The notes under the pieces were generated by a model. That model had not been told where the DNA came from, ran no database searches, and saw nothing but the letters and a program-made list of their open reading frames with translations. Below are positions 35,053 to 46,561 of a DNA stretch of 64,000 bases, in pieces. Numbering within the stretch: the stretch's first letter is position 1; each line of letters begins with the position of its first letter. The stretch is from Mobula hypostoma (taxonomy: Eukaryota): assembly GCF_963921235.1 (NCBI RefSeq), contig NC_086101.1, forward strand, positions 992,001 through 1,056,000, written 5' to 3'. A program made the position numbers and the translations under genes.

Positions 35053-36499
35053 TTGTCCACGGGAATGGTACCAGAGGATTGGAGGGAGGCGAATGTTGTC
35101 CCCTTGCTCAAAAAAGGTAGTAGGGATAGTCCGGGTAATTATCGACCAGTGAGCCTTGCATCTGTGGTGGGAAAGCTGTTGGAAAAGATTCTTAGAGATA
35201 GGATCTCTGGGCATTTAGAGAATCATGGTCTGATCAGGGACAGTCAGCATGGCTTTGCGAAGGGCAGATTGTGTCTAACAAGCCTGATAGAGTTCTTTGA
35301 GGAGGTGACCAGGCGTATCAATGAGGGTAGTGCAGTGGATATGATTTTCTGGATTTTAGTAAGGCATTTGACAAGGTTCCACATGGTAGGCTTATTCAGA
35401 AAGTCAGAAGGCATGGGATCCAGGGAAGTTTGGCCAGGTGGATTCAGAATTGGCTTGCCTGTAGAAGGCAGAGGGTCGTGGTGGAGGGAGTACATTCGGA
35501 TTAGAGGGTTGTGACTAGTGGTGTCCCACAAGGATCTGTTCTGGGAGCTCCACTTTTCGTAATTTTTATTAACGACCTGGATGTGAGGGTAGAAGTGAGT
35601 TGGCAAGTTTGCAGACGATACAAAGGTTGGTGGTGGTGTAGATAGTGTAGAGGATTGTCGAAGATTGCAGAGAGACAATGATAGGATGCAGAAGTGGGCT
35701 GATAAGTGGCAGGTGGAGATCAACCCGGAGAAGTGTGAGCTGGTACACTTTGGAAGGACAAACTCCAAGGCAGAGTACAAAGTAAATGGCAGGATACTTG
35801 GTAGTGTGGAGGAGCAGAGGGATCTGGGGTTACATGTCCACAGATCCCTGAAAATTGTCTCACGGGTAGATAGGGTAGTTAAGAAAGCTTATGGGGTGTT
35901 AGCTTTCATAAGTCGAGGGATTCAGTTTAAGAGTCGCGATGTAATGATGCGGCTCTATAAAACTCTGGTTAGGCCACACTTGGAGTACTGTGTCCAGTTC
36001 TGGTCACCTCACTATTGGAAGGATGTGGAAGCATTGGAAAGGGTACAGAGGAGATTTACCAGGATGCTGCGTGGTTTAGAAAGAATGCATTATGATCAGA
36101 GATTAAGGGAGCTAGGGCTTTACTCTTTGGAGAGAAGGAGGATGAGAGGAGACATGGTAGAGGTGTATAAGAAATTAAGGGGAATAGATAGAGTGGACAG
36201 CCAGCACCTCTTCCCCAGGGCACCACTGCTCAATACAAAAGAACATGGCTTTAAGGTAAGGGGTGGAAAGTTCAAGGGGGATATTAGAGGAAGGTTTTTT
36301 ATTCAGAGAGTGGTTGGTGCGTGGAATGCACTGCCTGAGTCAGTGGTGGAGGCAGATACACTAGTGAAGTTTAAGAGACTACTAGACAGGTATATGGAGG
36401 AATTTAAGGTGGGGGGTTATATGGGAGGCAGGCTTTGAGGGTTGGTACCATATTGTGGGCTGATGGGCCTGTGCTGTGCTGTACTATTCTATGTTCTAT
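35053..36499 (+). mobile_element. 5'-truncated CR1 (family A)
   Basis: ORFs 35053-35514 and 35665-36438; tail gtactattctatgttctat. Confidence 0.93.
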
Positions 36500-37353
36500 A
36501 TCTCCTTCTGTGCCTTGCCTATTGAAGTGTCTGTCCAAGTGTCTCTTAAACTCAGTGGACTGGAGGCCTGTAACCTGCTGCTCAGTGTTGGAGCACATTT
36601 GTTTGTCATTCATATTCATGATTTGGATGAGAATGCAGGTGACATAGTTAGTAGGTTTATGGGTGACACTAGAAATCATGGTATAGTGGACAGGAAAGAG
36701 GGTTACCTCTGTTTATACTAGACCCTTAATCAACTGTAGAGGTGGGTGCAGTGACAATGTTTTGACAGACATCTTACGAGGTACGTGGATAAGAAAGGGG
36801 GAAAGGAATAATGGGCATATGGGACTAGTTCATTAAAGCAAATTGGTCCGCACGAACAAATTGGGCCGAAGAGCCGCTGTGACCTCCTGTTTAAATCAAT
36901 TCACTCACCCGCTTCCCATCTTAATCCACCCCTTTCCCGCACTCGTTTCTGCTGTCTATCTCCCCAATTTATTTCTATTCTTGAGGGAAGATGTCGACCT
37001 GAAAAGTAGACTGTTCATCTCTCTCCATACATGCTGCCCGACCCGCTCGGTTCCTCCAGCATTTTGTGTCTGTTTGATCGGGAAATCTCTGCTCTCTGTC
37101 CAGCGGAAAACCCTTGGGGAGAAATAAGTTGTCCATCCACTTTCGTCAGGTCAAACCACGGGAAAGGTTCGTGTCGGCTATCCGACCCCGGGGCCGCGCT
37201 GCCCGGGCATCGACCCCCTCCCGCACCCCCGCGGTCCCCGGGCATCGACCCCCTCCCACCCCCCCCCGATCCCCGGGGCCGCGCTGCCCGAGCACCCCGC
37301 CTCCCCCCGGTCCCCCGGGACTCTCTAATTCTCTGCTGCTCCCCCCCCCCCAG

Positions 37354-37949
37354 TCTCTGTCACCCTGGATGTGGAAACGGCGCATCCGGAGCTGGAGGTG
37401 TCTGAGGATCGGAAGAGTGTGAGATGGACCGGGACACGGAGGAATCTCCCTGAGACCGGGAAGAGGTTCACAGGCCGGGCTTGTGTGCTGGGATCGGAGG
37501 GATTCACATCAGGGAGACATTACTGGGAGGTGGAGGTGACGGGGAATCGGGTCTGGTGTCTGGGAGTCGCCGCAGAGTCTGTGACGAGGAAGCGAGGGTT
37601 CACTCTGAGTCCGGAGACCGGATTCTGGGCCATCAGGCGGTATTATGACGTGATGAATGTTATCCCCTCCCCTGAGTCCCGTATCCGTGCAGGGATCGCG
37701 TTGATGCGTCACGTGATAAAGTTTCTCCCCTCCCCTGTGACCCGTCTCCCTGCCGGTCCCATCCCCGAGAGGGTGGGAGTGTATCTCAGTTACGAGTCCG
37801 GGAGAGTTTCATTTTACAACGCGGAGACCAAATCCCATCTCCACACCTTCACTGGGAACAAATTCACGGAGAAACTTCATCCTTTCTTCTGGCCTTGGGA
37901 TAGAAACCAGTGGCTGAGGATCTGCTCCGGTTCGGCTCCGGGTCTGTAA
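37354..37949 (+). CDS. TRIM coding exon 6: PRY-SPRY (B30.2); spliced CDS about 497 aa
   Basis: Acceptor ccccag|TCTCTGTCACCCTGGAT. VTLDVETAHPELEVSED, GFTSGRHYWEVEV, VGVYLSYESGRVSFYN, LHPFF, stop; aataaa at 38005. Six exons total 1494 nt in frame. Confidence 0.95.
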
Positions 37950-40635
37950 ACGGGTCGGGTCCCGGGACCACCGTCAGGAATAAGGTCCCTGTGCGCGGAG
38001 AGTGAAATAAACGCGAGATGATAATAATCGATCCCGTCAACCGAACAGAAACACCGTGGATTCAGCCGCAGCCGCGGGGCAGCGGGTCCTGAGCTCCCCC
38101 GGGTCCTAAAGTCCAACCGCAACGGGGGCGGTGCTGACTGGGAGAGGGGGTTAGGGTGAATCTTTGTAAGACCATAAACACACAGGAGTAGAATTAGGCC
38201 GTTCAACCCATCGACTCTGCTCCGGCATGCAATCAATGCCGATCTCGCATCGCACTCAACCCCATACACCTGCCTTCACGCCATATCCTCTGATGGCCTG
38301 ACTGATCCGGAAATGATCTTTTCTTCATCAATCTTTTCATTAATTTTAAAAAGTACATATATGCAAACAAGAGGAAAATTATCTCAGATATGTATATCGA
38401 TAACACTACATATAAAAGGTAAAATAAACATTATCAAAATCATACATAGTATTAATCCAATAATATATAATAAAAATAAAATAATCAATTCTCTTATTTC
38501 ATAAAGATTAAAAAAGATAAAGGAACCCCACTATTCGCTATTAACAAAAACAAAAGGTTAAAAAAAAACAAAAAGAGTTAAAAAGGGGGACTGGACAGCC
38601 CATACTGAGAGTAAAAGCAAGAAGAAAGAAACTTTCTGATCAAATCCAAAATTTTGAGAAAATAACTGGAAGGGCAATAGATCAAACCATATGAAAATAT
38701 TTAATAAAAGGTCACCAGGTTTCTTCAAATTTAAAGGATGTATCAAATGTCCGACTTCTTATTTTCTCTAAACTTAGACAGGACATAATGGAGGAAAGCC
38801 AATAAAAACAGTAGGTGGATTAGAATCCTTCCATTTAAGCAAAATGGCTCTCCTAACCAATAAAGTTGTAAAAGCTGTCATCCGTTGAGCGGAAACAGGA
38901 ATATATCATGCTTCTGGTGGAATGATCCCAAAAATTGCTCTAAATAAATTCGGTTGTAGGTCTAAATTCAAGACTTTTGATAAAGTTTTAAAGACATTTT
39001 TCCAAAAATGATCTATCTTGATACAAGACCAAAACATATGAGTTAAAGTCGCCACCTCAATATTACATCTGTCGCAAATAGGGAAAATACGGGCTAATTT
39101 ATCGTTTGACATATGTGCCCTGTGCACTACCTTGAACTGTATCAAGGAATAACCGGCTCAAATAGATGAAGTATTTACCAAATGAAAAATTTTATCCAAT
39201 TGATTATCTGAAAGTGACTCTTGAAATTCCAATTCCCACGCACCTTTAATTTTATCATTAGATACCATTCGCAAATTCAATAAACATTGATAAGTTATAG
39301 CTATCAGTGTTTCTTGAAACGGTTTAACCTGAAAGAGGGTATCTATCATATTGGGTGGATAAGCAGAGGGAAAATTTGGAAGTAAACTACGGAAAAAATT
39401 CCTAATTTGTAAATATCTAAAAAAAGTGTGCATTAGATAAGTCATATTTCTCCACCAACTGAGTGAAAGACATTAAACAATCCCCATGAACAAAACTAAA
39501 AACGTTACTGTTCCCTTGGTTTTCCAAATTAAAAAGGTCTGATCGGAAATTGATGGTTTAAAAAATAGTTAAGATGGATTTTACCAGGAAGAACAAAGTT
39601 ATTAAACTAAAAAAAATCGATGAAACTGAAACCAAATTCTTAATGTATGTTTAATAATGGGATTGAGGTCTCGACTACCAATCTCAGAAAGCAAAAAAGG
39701 AAGAGGAGCTCCCAGTAAAGAGGCCAAAGAATACCCCTTCACCGAGTTTTTCTCCAAATCCGCCCATAGATGACAGATATGTATGTCTGAATAATGAATC
39801 CAAAACGAAATATGTCGAATATTAATTGATCAGTAATACATTCTAAAATTTGGCAAAGCCATACCACCATACTTTTTAAATTTCTGCGACAGAGGTTTAC
39901 TCAATCTAGGATTTTTATTATTCCAAATATAAGATAAAATTTTAGAGTCTATTCTGTCAAAAATAGTTTAGGAACAAAGGAAGGGATTGCTTGAAATACA
40001 TATAAGAACTTCGGTAGAACTATCATTTTAATAGCATTAATTCGACCAATAAATGATAATGTCATAGGAAACCATTTTGAAAGTATTTGTTACGTATATT
40101 CAATTAATGGAAGAAAGTTATACTTATGCAGGTCCTGAAAATTTTTAGTAATTTTAATACCAAGATAAGTAAAGTTATTTTTACCAAGGCTAAAAGGAAT
40201 TTGATTGTATTGATCAAAATTAGTTATAAATAGGAAATAACTCACTTTTGTGTAAATTTAATTTATATCCAGTAAAACTACAAAGTTCATAAAATATAGA
40301 CAACATAGAAGGAATAGATTTCTTAGGATCTGAAATATAAACCTAACAAGTCATCTGCATACAACGAAACCTTATGCACTTTATCTCTTCTCTTAATACC
40401 TTGAACTTTGTTGGAGTCCCGAAGAGCAATAGCAAGAGGTTCTAAAGCCAGGTTGAATAACAATGGACTACGAGGACGACCCTGCCGGGTACCTCTGTAT
40501 AGTCTAAAATAAGGAGATTTTTGATTATTAGTTATAACTGCTGCCATAGGATTTTGAAAGATCAGCTTAATCCAGGAAAGAAAACCTGGACCAAAATTAA
40601 ATCTTTCTAAAAACTCGAATAAATAAGACCACTCC

Positions 40636-41999
40636 TGTCATGGTCCGGTCCGTGAAGTTTGCATTCCGGTTCACGGTCCGGTCCGTGCACTCAGGACTCC
40701 AGGTCTTCCAGCTGCCCCTTGTTTTAATTGAGTTAATCATAGGCACCAGATTCCCATCTTGGGGCTTGAAATATAAATAGCCTTGGGGTTGAGTGTGAGC
40801 TGCTAGTTTGTCTTGTCAAGATTCCCTGGGAGCAACCTGCTGGTGAAAGGCTAGAGCGGCCACTTGCCATCTTTAGGCCATGTTGGAGAACCATTGCTCC
40901 ATGGAGCCTTGCTGTCGGTCGTCGGAGTGGTCTTTGTGGTATGGATTCGGCTGTTTCCCGGGCCAGCTGAGTGGCCGTCAGCCACTCCGAGCAAGGTAGG
41001 GATCCGACTGTTTCCGTAGCCATCTGAGGTTGCTGGCTGTAACTGCGACTCGGAGCAACCCCGAAGCAGAGATGGAAATGTCTGTCGTTCTTTGGTGTTT
41101 GTCTCTTCTTGTTCTCGCCTTCGTGGGGTAAGTCAGGCCGTTCTGCCGTTGCCCTGCAGGGTGGGATCTTGTCCTCGCCTCCGTGGGGTAAGTCAGGCCA
41201 TTTTGCTGTTGCCCTACAGGGGGATCTGTCTTGTCTTGTCCTTGCCTCTGTTGGTTAAGTCCGGCCGTTCTGCCGTTACCCAAAAGGTGGACCTGTCCCA
41301 ACTTGGTGTGGAGATAAAGTTGAGTCCCGGCTTGTCTAAGGAAGAGTCCCGGCTCTATGTCTATGTACTGTCCAGTCTCATGTTAGTGTCGAGTTAAAGA
41401 TGAGTACAGGCTTTTTGAAGGATAGTCCCGGCTCTATGTTGATGTACAGTTCCCAGTCTGTATCCGAGCTCCAGCCTCCGAGTTATCAACTTCCGCATTC
41501 CAAGAGCCAAGACCCCAGCCTGCAGCCTCAAGAGCCAAGACCTCAGCCTGTCTCCAAGTTCAAGAGCCAAGACCCTAGCCTGTCTCCAAGTTCAAGAGCC
41601 AAGACCCTAGCCTGTCTCCAAGTTCAAGAGCCAAGACACCAGCCTTTCTCCAAGTTCAAGAGCCAAGACCGCAGACTCAAGCCTCAAGAGCAAAGACCCC
41701 AGCCACGCCTGTCCTGTAGTCAAGTCATGTCCTTGCCTGGTACTGGGGCCCGAGCCCGAGGCTAGACCCAGGTTCTGGGTCCTTGTCCAGTTTCTGGCTC
41801 GGAGCCCAAGCCCAAGCTCCTAGTGCATAGTTCCTTGTCCGGTTTCCCTGTCTTGTCCATGTCCTAACCCAAGTCTGCGTTCTTGTTCCTGCTCCTTGTC
41901 TGTATCCTGTCACGTCCCTACTCTAGTCAAGTCCTGTTCCTTGTACTTCAGTGTCTATGTCTTGCATTTGGTCCGTTCCCAACGCCTCCCATTGTGACA
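40636..41999 (+). mobile_element. Solo LTR (same family as 28474-29657) with 5-bp TSD
   Basis: TGTCA...TGACA; TSD actcc at 40631-40635 and 42000-42004; internal repeats of about 32 bp (ttcaagagccaagacc) at 41500-41700. Confidence 0.92.
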
Positions 42000-42356
42000 A
42001 CTCCACCCTATCAAAGGCCTTCTCTGCATCAAGGGAAATAACACATTCGGTTTCTTTAGATGGAGAGGAATGAGTAATGTTTAATAATCTCCGAGTATTA
42101 AAATATGAATATCTATTCTTAATAAATCCAGTTTGATCCTCAGAAATAACCTTAGGTAAAATATTCTCGAGCCTGTTAGCCAAAATCTTAGAAAGAATTT
42201 TAGAATCCACGTTTAGTAAGGAAATTGGTCTGTAAGAGGCACATTCAGATAAAACTTTTTCTTTTTTGGGAATTAATGAAATTGATGCCTCATAAAAAGT
42301 TTTTGGAAAGGTCCCAAAGGATATAGAATCAGTGAAAATAAGGCATTAATGAGGTT

Positions 42357-43413
42357 ACATAACATCAAAGTTGCTGGTGAACGCAGCAGGCCAAGCAGCA
42401 TCTATAGGAAGAGGTGCAGTCGACGTTTCAGGCCGAGACCCTTCGTCAGGACTAACTGAAGGAAGAGTGAGTAAGGGATTTGAAAGTTGGAGGGGGAGGG
42501 GGAGATCCAAAATGATAGGAGAAGACAGGAGGGGGAGGGATAGAGCCGAGAGCTGGACAGGTGATTGGCAAAAGGGGATACGAGAGGATCATGGGACAGG
42601 AGGTCCGGGAAGAAAGACAGGGGGGGGGTGACCCAGAGGATGGGCAAGAGGTATATTCAGAGGGACAGAGGGAGAAAAAGGAGAGTGAGAGAAAGAATGT
42701 GTGCATAAAAATGAGTAACAGCTGGGGTACGAGGGGGAGGTGGGGCCTTACCGGAAGTTAGAGAAGTCGATGTTCATGCCATCAGGTTGGAGGCTACCCA
42801 GACGGAATATAAGGTGTTGTTCCTCCAACCTGAGTGTGGCTTCATCTCCACAGTAGAGGAGGCCGTGGACGGACATGTCAGAATGGGAATGGGATGTGGA
42901 ATTAAAATGTGTGGCCACTGGGAGATCCCGCTTTCTCTGGCGGACAGAGCGTAGATGTTCAGCAAAGCGGTCTCCCAGTCTGCGTCGGGTCTCACCAATA
43001 TATAAAAGGCCACATCGGGAGCACCGGACGCAGTATATCACCCCAGTCGACTCACAGGTGAAGTGATGCCTCACCTGGGAGGATTGTTCGGGGCCCTGAA
43101 TGGTGGCCCCTCCTTGTCTTTCTTCCCGGACCTCCTGTCCCATGATCCTCTCGTATCCCCTTTTGCCTATCACCTGTCCAGCTCTCGGCTCTATCCCTCC
43201 CCCTCCTGTCTTCTCCTATCATTTTGGATCTCCCCTACCCCTCCAGCTTTCAAATCCCTTACTCACTCTTCCTTCAGTTAGTCCTGACGAAGGGTCTCGG
43301 CCTGAAACGTCAACTGCACCTCTTCCTATAGATGCTGCCTGGCCTGCTGCGTTCACCAGCAACTTTGATGTGTGTTGCTTGAATTTCCAGCATCTGCAGA
43401 ATTCCTGTTGTTT
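42357..43413 (-). mobile_element. Penelope-like element: GIY-YIG endonuclease C-terminus, pseudo-LTR and inverted partial pseudo-LTR
   Basis: ORF 42748-43173: FTCESTGVIYCVRCSRCGLLYIGETRRRLGDRFAEH...GMN. Inverted repeat about 42357-42630 vs 43105-43380. 14-bp TSD gcattaatgaggtt. Hammerhead motifs at about 42418-42453 (-) and 43280-43315 (+). Confidence 0.92.
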
Positions 43414-44516
43414 GCATTAATGAGGTTTAAGTATTTCAGTAAAAGTCTTAAAAAAATTCTACTGTTAATCCATCCGATCCCGGATCTTTACCTGATTGAA
43501 AAGTGGATATAGCCCTTGCTATTTCCTCTCGTTTAATAGGCGCATCTAATATATTCATATCCTGAATAGAAATTTTGCGTACATTCAATCTTTGCAAGAA
43601 TCTATTCATAAAAGTATTACAACAGTGCAACAATACCATAACTTGATGAAGAAGTCCATGATCACAGTAAAAGTTCAAAGTCTCTCAAATGTCTCACATC
43701 TCACGCAGACAGGAGAGGGAAGAAAAATTCCCTGCCATGCCCGACAACAGTCCGACTCTGAGTCGTCCGAAAACTTCGAGCCTCCGATCAGCCCTCCGAC
43801 ACCGAGTACTGAGTGCCATCGCTATCCGAACGATTCGACCTCCTTCTCGGTCGCCAAAAGCAGGCAAGACCGGGGATTGAGGCCTACCCTCCGAAAGATT
43901 CCCGACCACGCAGTAACGACAGCAGCGAACAAGCGTTTCAGAAATTTCTCCAGATGTTCCTCTGCGCTTTCGCATCCATCTCCATCAAATCAGAATTGTC
44001 CATGGCCCCTATTTAACGGATACGATATCATTTTCACCGGAGGGCTGTGCACGCTGCTTCTGTTTTGCTTGTATGAGTGTTTGCTGCATTTCCTGTTTTC
44101 CTTCCGTCGTTCGGCTGTTCTGTCACTGACAGGGATCGCCATGGAAGTTGATGATTGTCTAATGGAAGAATCCCGCCATCAGGATCCGGATTTATTCATT
44201 TCAACCAGACGAGACGTGGAAGGTGCCGGTAGAAAATATTCCATCCAGTTTTGATCTGAGGAGGTAGTTACCCAGTGTTAGCTTTCCGCTGCTACTTCAC
44301 ATTTCAGTCATCAGTAAGGAATCCGTATTCAGAAACATATTGACTTTATTTAACTTTGCAAACTCATTTTCTGTCTCCGCTGGCTCTGTGCCCTCGCTCG
44401 ACCCTCCCGCCGCTAAATGCAACAATAAAGTGGAAATATTACAGGATCCCCTCAAAATACTGGATTGGTTTCAGCTCAGTATTTTTTCAACTTGCAGTTC
44501 CCTGTCTCTCTCTCAG

Positions 44517-45415
44517 CGAACTTGGTGGCGATTGTGATCCTGTCCCGGGGACAGTGTGGTCTCTCCAAATGTGTCACTCGCTACCTGGTAGGAATGGCAG
44601 CGGCCGATCTCCTGGTCGTTATCTCGGATCCGCTGCTGTGGTGGACTGCAGAGATTTATTTTCCCCGGTCATTCCTGTTCATCACTCCTGTGTGCAGCCT
44701 CGATGAATGGTTGATTTCTGCGAGCACTGCGGCCTCAGTCTGGCTGACTGTCGCTTTCACCGTCGATCGATTTGTGGCTATTTGCTGTGAGAAGCTAAAA
44801 ACAAAATATTGCACCGAGAGAACGGCGGCTGTGGTTATCGGGACAATGAGTGCGCTGGTCTGTTTGGAAAGTTTCCCCTTGTGCTTTGTATACGAGTCTG
44901 GAGAAATAATTGATGGTGTTGCCTGGGATTGTGTTCTTACACCGAGCTTCCCAAACTCTCCCTTATGGACAGTATTTGAGATGTTTCACACCACTTTAAC
45001 TCCAGGTGTCCCATTCTTTCTGATTTTGTTGAATATTCTGACTGTCAGGCGTATTCTAACGGCCAGCCGAGTCCGCAGGGGTCTCCAAGGACAAAAGAGT
45101 GGAGAGAATGACAAGGACCGGGAGATGGTGAACCGACGCAAATCCATCATTTTACTTTTCAGCATAACCGGTAGTTTCATATTGTTGTGGGGAACACTGG
45201 TGGTATTTTCTATCTACAGACGTATTTCAATGAGTTTTGTTTATTCTGTCACGGATCCCCGTTACATCACAGATCACACATCGGACATGCTGCAGATTCT
45301 TAGTTCCTGTACCAACACGTGTATTTACGCCCTGACTCAGAGCAAATTCCGGGAGGAACTAAAGAATGCGGTAAAATACCCACTGAATCGGATTGTGAAA
45401 CTCATGAAATGTTAG
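44517..45415 (+). CDS. Class A GPCR, GPR139/GPR142-like, main coding exon (first exon not securely located)
   Basis: Acceptor tctctctcag|CG AAC. ANLVAIVILSRGQCGLSKC, MAAADLLV, SVWLTVAFTVDRFVAIC, SSCTNTCIYALTQSKFREEL; open to the stop. Confidence 0.88.
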
Positions 45416-45668
45416 AAATAAATGCTGTAAAGTTTTACAAATCAGCTGCCTTCATGCTCCCTATTCTATCCCCCCACTTGTGGGTAAATGCAAACAATGT
45501 GATGAACAGAGTTACAAAACAAATACGAGACAATCTGCGGATGATCGAAATACAAAACAACACAGATTCTCATGAAGGGTCATGAAGTACTAAAATCCTT
45601 ATAGATCACATCCACTGCCCTACCCTCATCCATATGCCTGGTCACCTCAAAGAACTCTATCAGGCTTG

Positions 45669-45886
45669 TGTCACTAGGCTTCCATCAGCAGGCTGCTCCA
45701 AGGGGGACTGACAAGACAAACTAGTAGCCCACACTCAATCCCAAGGCTACTTATATTGCAAGCCCAAAGATGGGAATCAGGCGCCTATGATTAACTCAAA
45801 CAAGGGACAGCTGGAAGACCCGGAGTCCTGAGTCCATGGACCAGACCGTGAACCGGAATGCGGACTTCACGGACCGGACCATGACA
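45669..45886 (-). mobile_element. 5' fragment of the TGTCA LTR family
   Basis: Reverse complement tgtcatggtccggtccgtgaagt matches 40636 onward. Confidence 0.8.
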
Positions 45887-46561
45887 ATATTATATTTCGA
45901 CGAAACAATTTACTGAGGATGTATTGAAAATGCTCGCTGGAGGTAAACTTGCTGAGGCTGAGATTCAGCTTCGGGTGGAGCAATGCAGGCTGAAGGCTGA
46001 GGATAGGAAAAGACAGCGTGAGTTGGAACTGAAACAGCTCGAGGCCGAAGAGGCAGACAAACAGAGACAGTTTGAAAGGGAGATGTGGCAGCTGAGAGGT
46101 TTAATGTCGCACCCTGATGATTTTTTACAGCTCAGAAGGGCTTCTTTTGTTTGATGAATTTAAAAGTTGTCTCCCCTATGAGGTAAGGGCATACCTAGAT
46201 AAAGAGAATGCCGCCACCCTGCGGGGGTCTGCTAAGAAAGCAGACAAAGTTGTTTTAACCCACGAGGTTGAGTTTACTCCGGATGAGAGTTACCCTGAGA
46301 GTAGCTGGGAGGTTCGGGCTGACCTTGAATTTGAAACTGGGACAGGCGATGACAGCCCAGAAGAGATAGCCGTCCTGGTTGCATGTGTTCAGGTTGTTGA
46401 AGTACCTGTGGATTCAAAGGGTGCTGAACCTTGTGTTGAAGCTCAGTTAAGGTCTGAGGTGTCTGACTTGGTTGGAAAAGAATGCAGTTCTTTTGTGTCA
46501 GATGGTTTTGGTTCAGTGAATAAGGAACTAATCTTGGTTCCAGTGGAAATTGAGAATTCTC

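Larger units (their letters stand above)
38315..43590 (-). mobile_element. Decayed L1 ORF2 and 3' UTR, interrupted by a solo LTR and a Penelope-like element
   Basis: [37 protein letters not shown] and CDRC...HMFWSC. Confidence 0.9.

Noticed and set aside
43592..44254. 220-aa ORF upstream of the GPCR
   Set aside because: TTG start, spans repeat junctions and has no recognisable domain.
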